DNA from: Flavobacteriales bacterium
GTDB taxonomy: Bacteria > Bacteroidota > Bacteroidia > Flavobacteriales_D > Crocinitomicaceae
NCBI GenBank assembly: GCA_947488235.1
Contig: CANLAQ010000004.1
Span: 17,294-81,293, forward strand
Length of the DNA: 64,000 bases
Direction: 5' to 3'
The notes under the pieces were generated by a model. It was not told where the DNA came from and made no database searches. It saw only the letters and a program-made list of their open reading frames with translations. The stretch's first letter is position 1. The number at the start of each line of letters is the position of its first letter. Below are positions 17,098-26,310 of the stretch, piece by piece. The translations under genes were made by a program, and so were the position numbers.

Positions 17098-18567
17098 TTA
17101 TTTAATTATTTTCAAATAAGCTCCCAAACCATGCATTCCTCCTTCACGACCAAAGCCACTTTCTTTATAACCACCAAAGGGAGATGCTGGATCGAACTTA
17201 TTATAGGTATTCGCCCAAACAACACCCGCCTTTAACTTACTGGTCAAATTGAATATTTTGGAACCTTTATCCGTCCATACACCAGCCGCTAATCCGTAAG
17301 GTGAATTGTTTGCTTTTTGAATTACCTCATCAATAGTTCGAAAAGTTTGAATGGTCAATACGGGTCCAAAAATTTCCTCTTGTGAAAGAACACTAGATTG
17401 AGAAACATTCGTAAAAATGGTAGGTTTGCAATAAAATCCATTCGCAGGAAGCGCACCTTCACATTGAAATATTTCAGACCCTTCTTGAATGCCTATTTGA
17501 ATATATTTTTCAATGGTCTGCAGTTGTTCCCTAGAATTAATGGCTCCGATGTCTGTATTCTTATCCAAAGGATTACCTAAGATCAAGCTTTTCATTCGAT
17601 GCTTAAGTTTCTCAACTAGTTTTTCTGCAATATTTTCTTGAACATATAGTCGAGAGCCAGCACAGCAAACATGTCCTTGATTAAAGAAGATGCCATTTAC
17701 AATTCCTTCTACTGCTTGATCTATTGGAGCATCATCAAAAATAATATTTGCAGACTTCCCTCCCAACTCCAGCGTTGATCGTTTGCCTGTTCCAACCAAT
17801 GCTTTCTGAATGGCTTTTCCAACTTGAGTAGAACCAGTAAATGCAATTTTATTAATGTCTGGATGCTTAACAAGTGCCTCGCCCGTGTCGCCATGTCCAG
17901 TGATTATATTGATTACTCCTGGAGGAATTCCTGCTTCCTTAATGATTTCTGCCAATTTGAGCGCCGTTAAAGAAGTAGTTTCAGCGGGCTTAAGAACAAC
18001 CGTATTTCCTGCGGCTAAAGCTGGGGCGATCTTCCAAGCCGCCATCATTAAAGGGAAGTTCCAAGGGATTATTTGACCAACAACACCAAGTGACTCAGTC
18101 TTTTGATTGGGAAATGCATAGTCTAGTTTATCTGCCCAACCTGCGTAATAAAAAAAATGATTGCATGCTAAGGGCACATCAATATCTCGCGACTCACGAA
18201 TTGGCTTTCCTGCATCCAAAGTTTCGATAACCGCTAATTCCCTTGCCTTTTCTTGCATCATCCGGGCCAATCGAAAAATATATTTTGAACGATCACCCGC
18301 ACTAATTTTCGACCAAACCTCATCATATGCTTTTCGTGCAGCTTTCACTGCTTTGTCAACATCTTGAGCATTTGCCCATGCGATTTTTGAAAGTACTTTT
18401 TCATCCGCTGGATTTATGGTATCGAAATATTTATTAGAAGTAGGAGCTATCCATTCATTATTAATGAAAAGTTCATATTTATCTTTTATCTCAATATGAG
18501 AGGTGCTTTCCAAAGAAGGTGAATACAACCACTGATGATCTTCGGAAGCGTTTTTTTTGTTTTCCAT
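17098..18567 (-). CDS. NAD(P)-dependent aldehyde dehydrogenase
   Basis: 489-aa ORF with IIPWNFP, VVLKPAE, GFTGST, the catalytic Glu in LELGGKSA and the catalytic Cys in FFNQGHVCCAGSR. Confidence 0.9.
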   Translation of the reverse strand: MENKKNASEDHQWLYSPSLESTSHIEIKDKYELFINNEWIAPTSNKYFDTINPADEKVLSKIAWANAQDVDKAVKAARKAYDEVWSKISAGDRSKYIFRLARMMQEKARELAVIETLDAGKPIRESRDIDVPLACNHFFYYAGWADKLDYAFPNQKTESLGVVGQIIPWNFPLMMAAWKIAPALAAGNTVVLKPAETTSLTALKLAEIIKEAGIPPGVINIITGHGDTGEALVKHPDINKIAFTGSTQVGKAIQKALVGTGKRSTLELGGKSANIIFDDAPIDQAVEGIVNGIFFNQGHVCCAGSRLYVQENIAEKLVEKLKHRMKSLILGNPLDKNTDIGAINSREQLQTIEKYIQIGIQEGSEIFQCEGALPANGFYCKPTIFTNVSQSSVLSQEEIFGPVLTIQTFRTIDEVIQKANNSPYGLAAGVWTDKGSKIFNLTSKLKAGVVWANTYNKFDPASPFGGYKESGFGREGGMHGLGAYLKIIK

Positions 18568-18568
18568 C

Positions 18569-19489
18569 TTAATCTAAAGTAAAATAATTAGGAGATTGAT
18601 AGGACCCTGATTCTAATTTTAATATTTGCATCAAAACATCATTCGCTAAACTACTTGCGCCAAATCGGAACCATTCATTATGCAACCAATTTGGTCCTAG
18701 AATTTCATTGACCATCACTAAATTATGCAGTGCCAACTTGGAGGTAGAAATTCCACCTGCAGGTTTCATTCCAATCATTTTTCCAGTTGCTTCGAAGTAA
18801 TCTTTTATGGCGAGTAGCATCGTGTAAGTGACTTGCATGGTAGCGGCAGGTTGAATTTTTCCTGTTGATGTTTTGATGAAATCTGCACCTGCATACATAG
18901 CGATATCGCTTGCCTTTCTTACATTATCTAAGGTGCAAAGCTCCCCCGTTTCCAGAATTACTTTTAAACGAGCAACTCCACAAGCTTCTTTAATCATCGC
19001 AATTTCATCAAAAACAAAGTTATATTCCCCTGACAAAAATTTTCCTCTTGAAATCACCATGTCAATTTCGTCTGCCCCTGAGTCAACAGCTAATTTTACA
19101 TCTGCTAATTTAATTTCCAAATTAGATTGACCTGAAGGAAAGGCAGTTGCAACAGAAGCGATTTTAACAGAAGTGCCTTCAAGAGCTTGTTTTGCAATAG
19201 CAACCATGGAAGGATAAACACATACTGCGGCTACTTGAGGTAAATTGGGGTGAAGGTCGTGCAGATGATGTGCTTTAAAACACATTTGCTTTACTTTCCC
19301 GGGGGTATCCTTTCCTTCAAGTGTCGTTAAATCAATCATGCTTAATACCATCTTCAAACCTTGAGCCTTCGCATCATCTTTAATGCTGCGCGTTTGAAAA
19401 CGGGCGACGCGTTCTTCTACTCCAACTTTATCAATAGGAGAGGCTGCATTTATAGTTTGAAAAATGGAATGTTTGTTACTTTCAAGCAT
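18569..19489 (-). CDS. deoC: Deoxyribose-phosphate aldolase (long, DERA-like form)
   Basis: 306-aa ORF with MIDLTTLEG, ADEIDMVI and the Schiff-base Lys context ADFIKTSTGK. Its stop is 1 nt from the ALDH start. Confidence 0.85.
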   Translation of the reverse strand: MLESNKHSIFQTINAASPIDKVGVEERVARFQTRSIKDDAKAQGLKMVLSMIDLTTLEGKDTPGKVKQMCFKAHHLHDLHPNLPQVAAVCVYPSMVAIAKQALEGTSVKIASVATAFPSGQSNLEIKLADVKLAVDSGADEIDMVISRGKFLSGEYNFVFDEIAMIKEACGVARLKVILETGELCTLDNVRKASDIAMYAGADFIKTSTGKIQPAATMQVTYTMLLAIKDYFEATGKMIGMKPAGGISTSKLALHNLVMVNEILGPNWLHNEWFRFGASSLANDVLMQILKLESGSYQSPNYFTLD

Positions 19490-19546
19490 ATCTCTAAGTT
19501 CTAGCCCAAAGATAATTAAAGAAAGTTATAGAAAACCGATAATTAA

Positions 19547-19888
19547 TTAATCTTCAGTATCGTCTTCGTCATCTTTGTCCGGTTTGTCATAATCATCAGA
19601 CTCTTCATCATCTGAATCACTTTCCAATTCATCGTCTTTCAAAGCTGGATCTTCTTCAAAATCCTCTTCTTCATCCGCAATTGCTTTGGCTTTAACCTTT
19701 GGCTTTGTGATTTTAACCAAATAAACAACTTCTTCAGTATCCCAAATCAAGGCGTCAAGCACCTCACCTTTAGGTGTTTTAATTGTTGTCAAATGATTAA
19801 TGTAACCGTCAGGGAATTCCCTTAGGATTTGTTTCTTTTGTTCAAGGGTGAGTTTATCGTAACTAATTATTGACCTTCTCTTTGACAT
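19547..19888 (-). CDS. Hypothetical protein with a poly-acidic C-terminal tail
   Basis: 113-aa ORF. The last 45 or so residues are mostly D/E (EEEDFEEDPALKDDELESDSDDEESDDYDKPDKDDEDDTED). I recognise no family. Confidence 0.5.
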   Translation of the reverse strand: MSKRRSIISYDKLTLEQKKQILREFPDGYINHLTTIKTPKGEVLDALIWDTEEVVYLVKITKPKVKAKAIADEEEDFEEDPALKDDELESDSDDEESDDYDKPDKDDEDDTED

Positions 19889-19916
19889 ACTTTATAATTG
19901 TTGATTCTAATTGTCG

Positions 19917-19924
19917 CAAATTTA
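19917..19924 (-). promoter_or_regulatory. Candidate -7 box (TAAATTTG on the minus strand)
   Basis: Plus-strand caaattta matches TAnnTTTG on the minus strand, about 29 nt upstream of the ATG at 19888. Confidence 0.35.
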
Positions 19925-20052
19925 TATTTTTTGTTTTTCAATGTCACTATATTGTATGAGAATCTTTAAAAAATTATTAACCATTAATAGTGCGTTACTT
20001 TTTTATCGTCATTTGACTTGCATTTAATCTATCATTATTAAGGCAATAATCT

Positions 20053-20060
20053 TATCTTTG
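20053..20060 (+). promoter_or_regulatory. Candidate -7 box TATCTTTG upstream of radA
   Basis: Matches TAnnTTTG and ends 11 nt before the ATG at 20071. Confidence 0.4.
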
Positions 20061-20070
20061 AATTTATATT

Positions 20071-21426
20071 ATGTCAAAACAGAAAAGCGCTTTTTTTTGC
20101 CAAGAATGTGGATACGAGGCCCCAAAATGGTTGGGTAAATGTCCCTCTTGTTCCTCATGGAATACCTTTGTGGAAGAAATTGTAGCTTCAGGCAAACAAT
20201 CTATTTCTTTTTCAACGGATACTAGAAATGCGAAGCCTACTTTAATTAACGAAATAGAAAATCTTGTAGAAAACAGGATGCAATTGGTTGATGTAGAATT
20301 AAATCGTGTTTTGGGAGGTGGATTAGTTAAAGGGGCACTTGTATTAATTGGCGGAGAACCAGGAATTGGTAAATCAACCCTAATGTTACAAATGGCCATT
20401 CAAGAACCCTTAAATATCTTATATGTTTCGGGTGAAGAAAGTGAGCAACAAATAAGAATGAGAGCGGAGCGTATTGGTATAAAAAATAATCACTGTCAAT
20501 TACTCACAGAAACCAACTTGGTTAATATTTTGAATCATGCTAAAGCATTGATGCCCGAAATGTTAATTATAGATTCTATTCAAACCTTGTTTTATTCTGC
20601 AATTGATAGTTCCCCCGGTAGTGTATCTCAAGTGCGAGAATGCACAGCACAGCTATTGCGTTTTGCAAAAGAAACTAATGTTCCAGTATTATTAATTGGT
20701 CATATTACAAAAGATGGTTCCATTGCTGGACCTAAAGTACTAGAACATATGGTTGACGCTGTTCTTCAATTTGAAGGAGACCGCAATCATGTTTATAGGT
20801 TATTAAGAACTGTGAAAAATAGATTTGGTTCCACCAATGAACTTGGCATTTATGAAATGCAAGGTACAGGACTGCGTATGGTAGAAAATCCATCAGAAAT
20901 TCTAATCAGTCATACCGAAGGGAATTTAAGCGGTATTGCCATTGCAACAACAATAGAAGGATTAAGGCCTTTACAGGTTGAGGTTCAAGCTTTGGTAAGT
21001 TCAGCTGCTTATGGAACCCCGCAAAGATCCTCAACTGGATTCGACGCCAAAAGATTGAACATGCTTCTTGCGGTGATGGAAAAAAGATGTGGTTTTAAAT
21101 TGGCCTCAAAAGATGTCTTTTTAAATATTGCAGGTGGAATAAAAGTTGATGACCCAGCAGTAGATTTGGCAGTAACCATGGCCGTTCTTTCATCGAATGC
21201 TGATATTGCTATTCCAAGAGGAATAACTTTTGCTGCAGAGGTTGGATTGTCCGGTGAAGTTAGACCTGTAAATCGCGCAGAAATAAGGATCTTAGAAGCT
21301 CAAAAACTCGGTTATGAAGCCATATATATTTCAAAATTTAATAAGGGAATAAAAATTTCTGATTTTAAAATAAAAGTAATGCTTTGTGAAAAAATAGAAG
21401 ATGTAGTTCGTAAAGTTTTTTCATAA
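20071..21426 (+). CDS. radA: DNA repair protein RadA/Sms
   Basis: 451-aa ORF with an N-terminal zinc finger CQECGYEAPKWLGKCPSC, Walker A GEPGIGKST, the KNRFG motif and a Lon-like C-terminal domain. Confidence 0.95.
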   Translation: MSKQKSAFFCQECGYEAPKWLGKCPSCSSWNTFVEEIVASGKQSISFSTDTRNAKPTLINEIENLVENRMQLVDVELNRVLGGGLVKGALVLIGGEPGIGKSTLMLQMAIQEPLNILYVSGEESEQQIRMRAERIGIKNNHCQLLTETNLVNILNHAKALMPEMLIIDSIQTLFYSAIDSSPGSVSQVRECTAQLLRFAKETNVPVLLIGHITKDGSIAGPKVLEHMVDAVLQFEGDRNHVYRLLRTVKNRFGSTNELGIYEMQGTGLRMVENPSEILISHTEGNLSGIAIATTIEGLRPLQVEVQALVSSAAYGTPQRSSTGFDAKRLNMLLAVMEKRCGFKLASKDVFLNIAGGIKVDDPAVDLAVTMAVLSSNADIAIPRGITFAAEVGLSGEVRPVNRAEIRILEAQKLGYEAIYISKFNKGIKISDFKIKVMLCEKIEDVVRKVFS

Positions 21427-21453
21427 TTGAAGTAGAATAATATAATTTAATCC

Positions 21454-22188
21454 ATGGCAAAATTAATTCTTGTTCCTACGCCAATCGGCAATTTAGATGA
21501 TATCACCTTGCGTTCCATTAAAATTTTGGAAAAAGCAGAAGTGATTTTTGCTGAAGATACACGGGTGACCAGAAGATTATTGGATCATTTAGGTTTGAAA
21601 AATACCGTGATTTCATTTCACAGCCAAAACGAGCACCGACAATTAGATCAAGTGGTTAGAAAAATTCAAGAAGTAACTTATGCAGTGCTGGTTTCAGATG
21701 CAGGAACACCTGGAATTTCTGATCCAGGATTTTTATTGGTCAGGGCTTGCATACAAGAAGGTATCTCAATAGAATGTTTACCTGGTCCTACGGCCTTTGT
21801 TCCAGCTTTGGTAGCCAGCGGATTGCCTTGTGATAAATTTGTATTTGAAGGGTTTTTACCCCATAAAAAAGGCAGACAAACGAGATTGAAATTGTTGAGT
21901 GAAGAGTCTCGAACAATTGTTTTATATGAATCTCCTCATCGCTTATTGAAATGTCTTGCAGAATTAATTAGCTTCTTTGGAGCTGATAGGAAGGTTTGCG
22001 TTTGTCGAGAAATAACTAAATTTTATGAGGAATTTGCTCGAGGAACAGCTGAGGAAGTATTGTTGCATTTTCAAAGTAAAGAAGTGAAAGGTGAAATAGT
22101 AATTATCGTTGATGGTAAAGAAGAAATTATCGTTAAAAGTAAATCTTATAAAGATAAAAAGCCGAAAGAAAAAAAGGAAATAACTTAA
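21454..22188 (+). CDS. rsmI: 16S rRNA (cytidine1402-2'-O)-methyltransferase
   Basis: 244-aa ORF with LILVPTPIGNLDDITLR, AEDTR, SDAGTPGISDPG and YESPHR, typical of RsmI. Confidence 0.9.
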   Translation: MAKLILVPTPIGNLDDITLRSIKILEKAEVIFAEDTRVTRRLLDHLGLKNTVISFHSQNEHRQLDQVVRKIQEVTYAVLVSDAGTPGISDPGFLLVRACIQEGISIECLPGPTAFVPALVASGLPCDKFVFEGFLPHKKGRQTRLKLLSEESRTIVLYESPHRLLKCLAELISFFGADRKVCVCREITKFYEEFARGTAEEVLLHFQSKEVKGEIVIIVDGKEEIIVKSKSYKDKKPKEKKEIT

Positions 22189-22210
22189 ATAATAGCATTA
22201 ATTTTACAAC

Positions 22211-23329
22211 ATGCAATTCAAGGATATTGTAGGTCAGATAGACACCAAACACGACCTAATTCAATCATTTAAGTCCGATAAAATAAGTCACGCGCAATTA
22301 TTTTTAGGGAAACCTGGATATGGGACGCTTGCCTTAGCACTTGCCTATTCTCAATATATATTTTGTGAAAACAAAAGTGATGAGGACAGTTGCGGAGTTT
22401 GTATCTCCTGCAAGCAAATTTCTGAGTCTCAACATCCAGATTTACATTTTGTTTTTCCCGTAGTGCAAGCTATAAGTAAAATTTCAAGTGCCTTACTTCC
22501 TGAATGGCGGACCCAATTAAAAGAATCAAGTTATTTTGATCTATTTCATTGGGTAAATATCATGGACAGTAAAGAAAGGTCTCCGATTATTAGCACAGAA
22601 GAAAGTAAAGAGATTATTAAAAAAATTAGCTTAAAATCATTTCAGGGCTCCTATAAAATTATGATTATTTGGAATGCTGAAGAAATGAATATGGATTGTT
22701 CTAATAAAATACTTAAAATATTAGAGGAACCACCTCCCAAAACTTTGTTCTTGCTCATTTGTGAAGATCAACAAAAGCTTTTACCTACGATTCAATCGCG
22801 CACCCAAGTGATGCAAGTGCCTCGAATTGGAATAAATGAATTGTCCCAACATTTGGTGCATAATCATAATATTAATGCCACATCAGCGGGAACAATTGCT
22901 GCTTTTTCTGAAGGAGATTATATTATTGCGCAGGATTTAATTAAAGAGGAAGCGGGTGATAGTTCTTATCGAGAACAATTTGTAGCCCTTATGCGGGTGT
23001 CTTATAAAAAAGATGTTATTGGCATGTTAGATTGGGCTGAAGGTATTTCTAGTACTACCAAAGAACGCCAAAAACTATTTATTCTATATGCTTTGCATAT
23101 GCTGCGTCAGAGTTTGGTGAATAATTACATTGGGAGTGAATCGCTGCACATTTCAACAGAAGAAGCTGCGTTTATCACTAATTTTTCTCCTTTTATTTCC
23201 GGAAATAATATTCAATCGTTCTTGAACACCTTTGATGATGCCCATTATCATATTGAACGCAATGCAAATGCGAAAATTCTTTTCACTCAAATGAGTTTTC
23301 AGACCATGAGATACATTCACCAAGCATAA
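22211..23329 (+). CDS. holB: DNA polymerase III delta-prime subunit
   Basis: 372-aa ORF with HAQLFLGKPGYG, the zinc module CGVCISCKQ, HPDLHF, NKILKILEEPP and TIQSR. Confidence 0.8.
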   Translation: MQFKDIVGQIDTKHDLIQSFKSDKISHAQLFLGKPGYGTLALALAYSQYIFCENKSDEDSCGVCISCKQISESQHPDLHFVFPVVQAISKISSALLPEWRTQLKESSYFDLFHWVNIMDSKERSPIISTEESKEIIKKISLKSFQGSYKIMIIWNAEEMNMDCSNKILKILEEPPPKTLFLLICEDQQKLLPTIQSRTQVMQVPRIGINELSQHLVHNHNINATSAGTIAAFSEGDYIIAQDLIKEEAGDSSYREQFVALMRVSYKKDVIGMLDWAEGISSTTKERQKLFILYALHMLRQSLVNNYIGSESLHISTEEAAFITNFSPFISGNNIQSFLNTFDDAHYHIERNANAKILFTQMSFQTMRYIHQA

Positions 23330-23356
23330 TTTTGTAACTTTACCTAAAAAAAGAAT

Positions 23357-24514
23357 ATGGGATGTGCTTCATGTGGAACGGATGGCGGAACGCCGAGAGG
23401 GTGTAAAAACAATGGTACATGCAGTTCTGGTGGGTGTAATAAACTAGAAGTTTACGATTGGTTGGCTAATGTTGCCTTGCCTTCTGGTCAAAAACCCTAT
23501 GATATTGTCGAAGTAAGATTCAAAAATTCACGCAAAAGTTTTTATAGAAATGCTTCCAATCTGCCCTTAAGTGTGGGAGATGTGGTGGTAGTTGAAACGG
23601 CTCCAGGATATGATATTGGTGTAGTTTCTGTTGTTGGTGAATTGGCGAGAATACAAGTAAAGAAAAAATCTCCAGGATTAAAACCTATGGAGACAAGAAA
23701 AATACAGCATATTGCGAAGCAAAATGAAATAGACAATTGGATCAAAGGGCGCTCTCTTGAAAAAGAAGCAATGTACGCTTCAAGAACTATGGCTATTGAA
23801 TTGGGTTTAGCGATGAAGATTTCAGATGTGGAATATCAAGCAGATTTAACGAAAGTTACTTTCTACTACACCGCTGAAGGAAGAATTGATTTTAGACAAT
23901 TAATTAAAGATTTAGCCGATAAGTTTAAAGTTAGAATTGAAATGAGACAAATTGGTTCTAGACAAGAATCTTCTCGTTTAGGCGGCATTGGTTCTTGCGG
24001 ACGAGAGTTGTGCTGTACCACTTGGTTGACTGACTTCAGGTCTGTTTCAACTTCCGCTGCTAGATATCAGCAGTTATCCTTAAATCCACAAAAATTAGCG
24101 GGACAATGTGGTAAATTGAAGTGTTGTTTGAATTATGAGTTAGATATGTATCTAGATGCCATAAAATCATTTCCAAAAACAGACGCTCGATTAAAAACAG
24201 AGAAAGGAGATGCAACGCATATCAAAACAGATGTTTTTAAAAGACTTATGTGGTATGCTTTGCAAGGAGAAAATGGTCTGATTGCTTTAAGTCCAGAACA
24301 AGTAAAGAAAATAGTGGATTTAAATAAAGAAGGAACAATTCCAAAAGATTTAAAAGCTTACACTTATGTGGTCGAAAAAGAAATTGAAATTGGATATGAG
24401 AATGTTGTAGGTCAAGATAGTATATCTCGATTTGCAAATACCAATAAAAACAAGAATAAAAATAGGAATAAGAACCGAAATAAAAATAAAACAGCCCCAC
24501 AACAGCCATCCTAG
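23357..24514 (+). CDS. PSP1 domain protein (RicT/YaaT-like) with Cys-rich N-terminus and N/K-repeat tail
   Basis: 385-aa ORF with a PSP1 core (VEVRFKNSRKSFY..GDVVVVE..GYDIG) and Cys clusters GSCGRELCC and CGKLKCCLNYE. The C-terminal tail is NTNKNKNKNRNKNRNKNK. Confidence 0.8.
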   Translation: MGCASCGTDGGTPRGCKNNGTCSSGGCNKLEVYDWLANVALPSGQKPYDIVEVRFKNSRKSFYRNASNLPLSVGDVVVVETAPGYDIGVVSVVGELARIQVKKKSPGLKPMETRKIQHIAKQNEIDNWIKGRSLEKEAMYASRTMAIELGLAMKISDVEYQADLTKVTFYYTAEGRIDFRQLIKDLADKFKVRIEMRQIGSRQESSRLGGIGSCGRELCCTTWLTDFRSVSTSAARYQQLSLNPQKLAGQCGKLKCCLNYELDMYLDAIKSFPKTDARLKTEKGDATHIKTDVFKRLMWYALQGENGLIALSPEQVKKIVDLNKEGTIPKDLKAYTYVVEKEIEIGYENVVGQDSISRFANTNKNKNKNRNKNRNKNKTAPQQPS

Positions 24515-24516
24515 TT

Positions 24517-24978
24517 ATGAAGCTAATTCTCTTATTAATACCCCTCAGTCTATTCATTTTTTCTTGCGGAAAAACATCTCTTTATAATAAATCCATTCAA
24601 TTTGAAAATAATGAATGGAAACAGAAAACAAGACCCACCTTCGTAGTTTATATTCCTGATACTGTCAATACCTATGACTTTACCTTGACCATTCGAACGA
24701 CTACCGATTATAAATTCAATAATATTTGGTTGTTTTTGAATACCAAAACTCCATCTAATCAAGAAGTTCGGGAGCCTTATGAAATTAAAACTACCTTTCC
24801 TAATGGAGCATGGGTAGGGAAGAAGACAGGGACTATTGTAGAACATCAACTTATCTTTAAAAGAAGGAAATTACCGTCAAAAGGGAAATATACTTTCATG
24901 ATTGAACAAGGAGTTACCCAAAAAGTCCTTGAAGACATACTTGACATTAGTTTTAATGTAACAATAGCAGAAGACTAA
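24517..24978 (+). CDS. gldH: Gliding motility lipoprotein GldH (probable)
   Basis: 153-aa ORF with lipobox IFSC. Its size, its position directly after holB and PSP1 (the synteny I recall for Flavobacteriia), and the W..YDF.L.IR....Y.F.N.WL and GAWVGKK.G segments all fit the GldH family. Confidence 0.6.
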   Translation: MKLILLLIPLSLFIFSCGKTSLYNKSIQFENNEWKQKTRPTFVVYIPDTVNTYDFTLTIRTTTDYKFNNIWLFLNTKTPSNQEVREPYEIKTTFPNGAWVGKKTGTIVEHQLIFKRRKLPSKGKYTFMIEQGVTQKVLEDILDISFNVTIAED

Positions 24979-25448
24979 TGCGTTTTAGGATCTTAAGCAA
25001 TGATGAATTAAAAGCGCTAGAGGAAGATTTAATTCAATTCTTAGTGGTTAATCATGTTTATGGTGATGATTGGGCAAAAATGAATGCTGAAAATCCAAGT
25101 CAAGCACAACACTTGATTGCATTATTTAGTGATCTTGTTTTAGAAAAAGTTTATAATAAAGTGGATTTCCTAGAACGAAAACTGCCAAAGCAAATTTCAA
25201 TTTGTAAGCTCGATGCATTGAGAGGAGATATGTTGACTATAGAATCCAAAGATCCTACCCTAGATTTAAGTTTGCCCGCAGATTATGCAGCACTTGCGGC
25301 TATGAACCCGTCTCCAATCGAAATATATAAAGGAGAAAAACAATGGAAACAGGATAAAGCTGATGAAGTATTCTTGTTACTGAACCATGGTTTTTCACCA
25401 ACAACATCAAATGAATGGGATGAAATCCTAAATTTTTTAATTAACTAA
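24978..25448 (+). CDS. Conserved hypothetical protein (possibly DUF6495)
   Basis: 156-aa ORF whose start overlaps the gldH stop (TAATG). The family assignment rests on weak recollection of the N-terminal pattern LSNDELKALEEDL..FLVVN. Confidence 0.4.
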   Translation: MRFRILSNDELKALEEDLIQFLVVNHVYGDDWAKMNAENPSQAQHLIALFSDLVLEKVYNKVDFLERKLPKQISICKLDALRGDMLTIESKDPTLDLSLPADYAALAAMNPSPIEIYKGEKQWKQDKADEVFLLLNHGFSPTTSNEWDEILNFLIN

Positions 25449-25459
25449 AATATAAAAAC

Positions 25460-26308
25460 ATGAAAAAATTAATTTTTTCCTTATTAATGGGCGCTTGTAT
25501 CACCACTGCTGCTGGTCAAATCCAAACCCCAAAAGCGAGCCCTTTGGCAAAAGTTGAGCAGAAAGTAGGTCTTGCAGATATCAGTATTAGTTATTCAAGA
25601 CCAAGCGTTAGAGGTCGTGTTATTTTTGGAGATGTTCTTCCTTTTGGTGAAATCTGGCGTTTAGGTGCCAATGAGAATACAAAAATAACGAGTTCCGATG
25701 CTATGATTTTTGGAAAAGATACTCTAGCTGCTGGAACTTATGGGCTCTATGCAAAACCTGAAAAAAAACAATGGGAAATTTATTTCTACACAGAAACGAA
25801 TAATTGGGGTATGCCTGAAGTTTGGAGTGATTCCAAAGTTGCTTATAAAACCATTATCCCCCTTGAAGAAAAAAAGGATATACAAGAAAATTTAAGTATT
25901 ACCCTGGAAAACATCACCAATGATGGAGCAAATATCCAAATTGAATGGGCCAATGCTAAAATTGTACTTCCTTTTAAATTAGCAACAAAAGAAAAAGTAT
26001 TAGCGGGTATTCAAAAAACAATGAGTGGACCTCAAGCAAACGATTATCATCAAGCTGCTAATTATTATTTCACTGAAAATATGGACTTAAAACAAGCCTT
26101 GATTTGGTCGGCAAAAGCAGTGGAATTGAGAGGGGAATCAGCGTATTGGATGACAAGATTAAAAGCACAATTACAAGCTGCAAATGGTGATTTTAAAGGT
26201 GCTATTGAAACTGCAAGATTATCTATCAAAGCGGCGACTGCTGATGGCGACATGAATTATGTTAAAATGAATGAAGCGTCAATTGAAACATGGAGTAAAA
26301 ACAAATAA
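25460..26308 (+). CDS. DUF2911 domain protein with a helical (TPR-like) C-terminal region
   Basis: 282-aa ORF with a signal peptide. ISYSRPSVRGR..GEIWRLGANENTKI..LAAGTYGLYAKP is typical of DUF2911. Confidence 0.65.
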   Translation: MKKLIFSLLMGACITTAAGQIQTPKASPLAKVEQKVGLADISISYSRPSVRGRVIFGDVLPFGEIWRLGANENTKITSSDAMIFGKDTLAAGTYGLYAKPEKKQWEIYFYTETNNWGMPEVWSDSKVAYKTIIPLEEKKDIQENLSITLENITNDGANIQIEWANAKIVLPFKLATKEKVLAGIQKTMSGPQANDYHQAANYYFTENMDLKQALIWSAKAVELRGESAYWMTRLKAQLQAANGDFKGAIETARLSIKAATADGDMNYVKMNEASIETWSKNK

Positions 26309-26310
26309 GG

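Noticed and set aside
20064-20399. 111-aa minus-strand ORF overlapping the start of radA
   Set aside because: It is entirely antisense to the highly conserved RadA zinc-finger/Walker A region. It is Pro/Ser-rich shadow-frame sequence.
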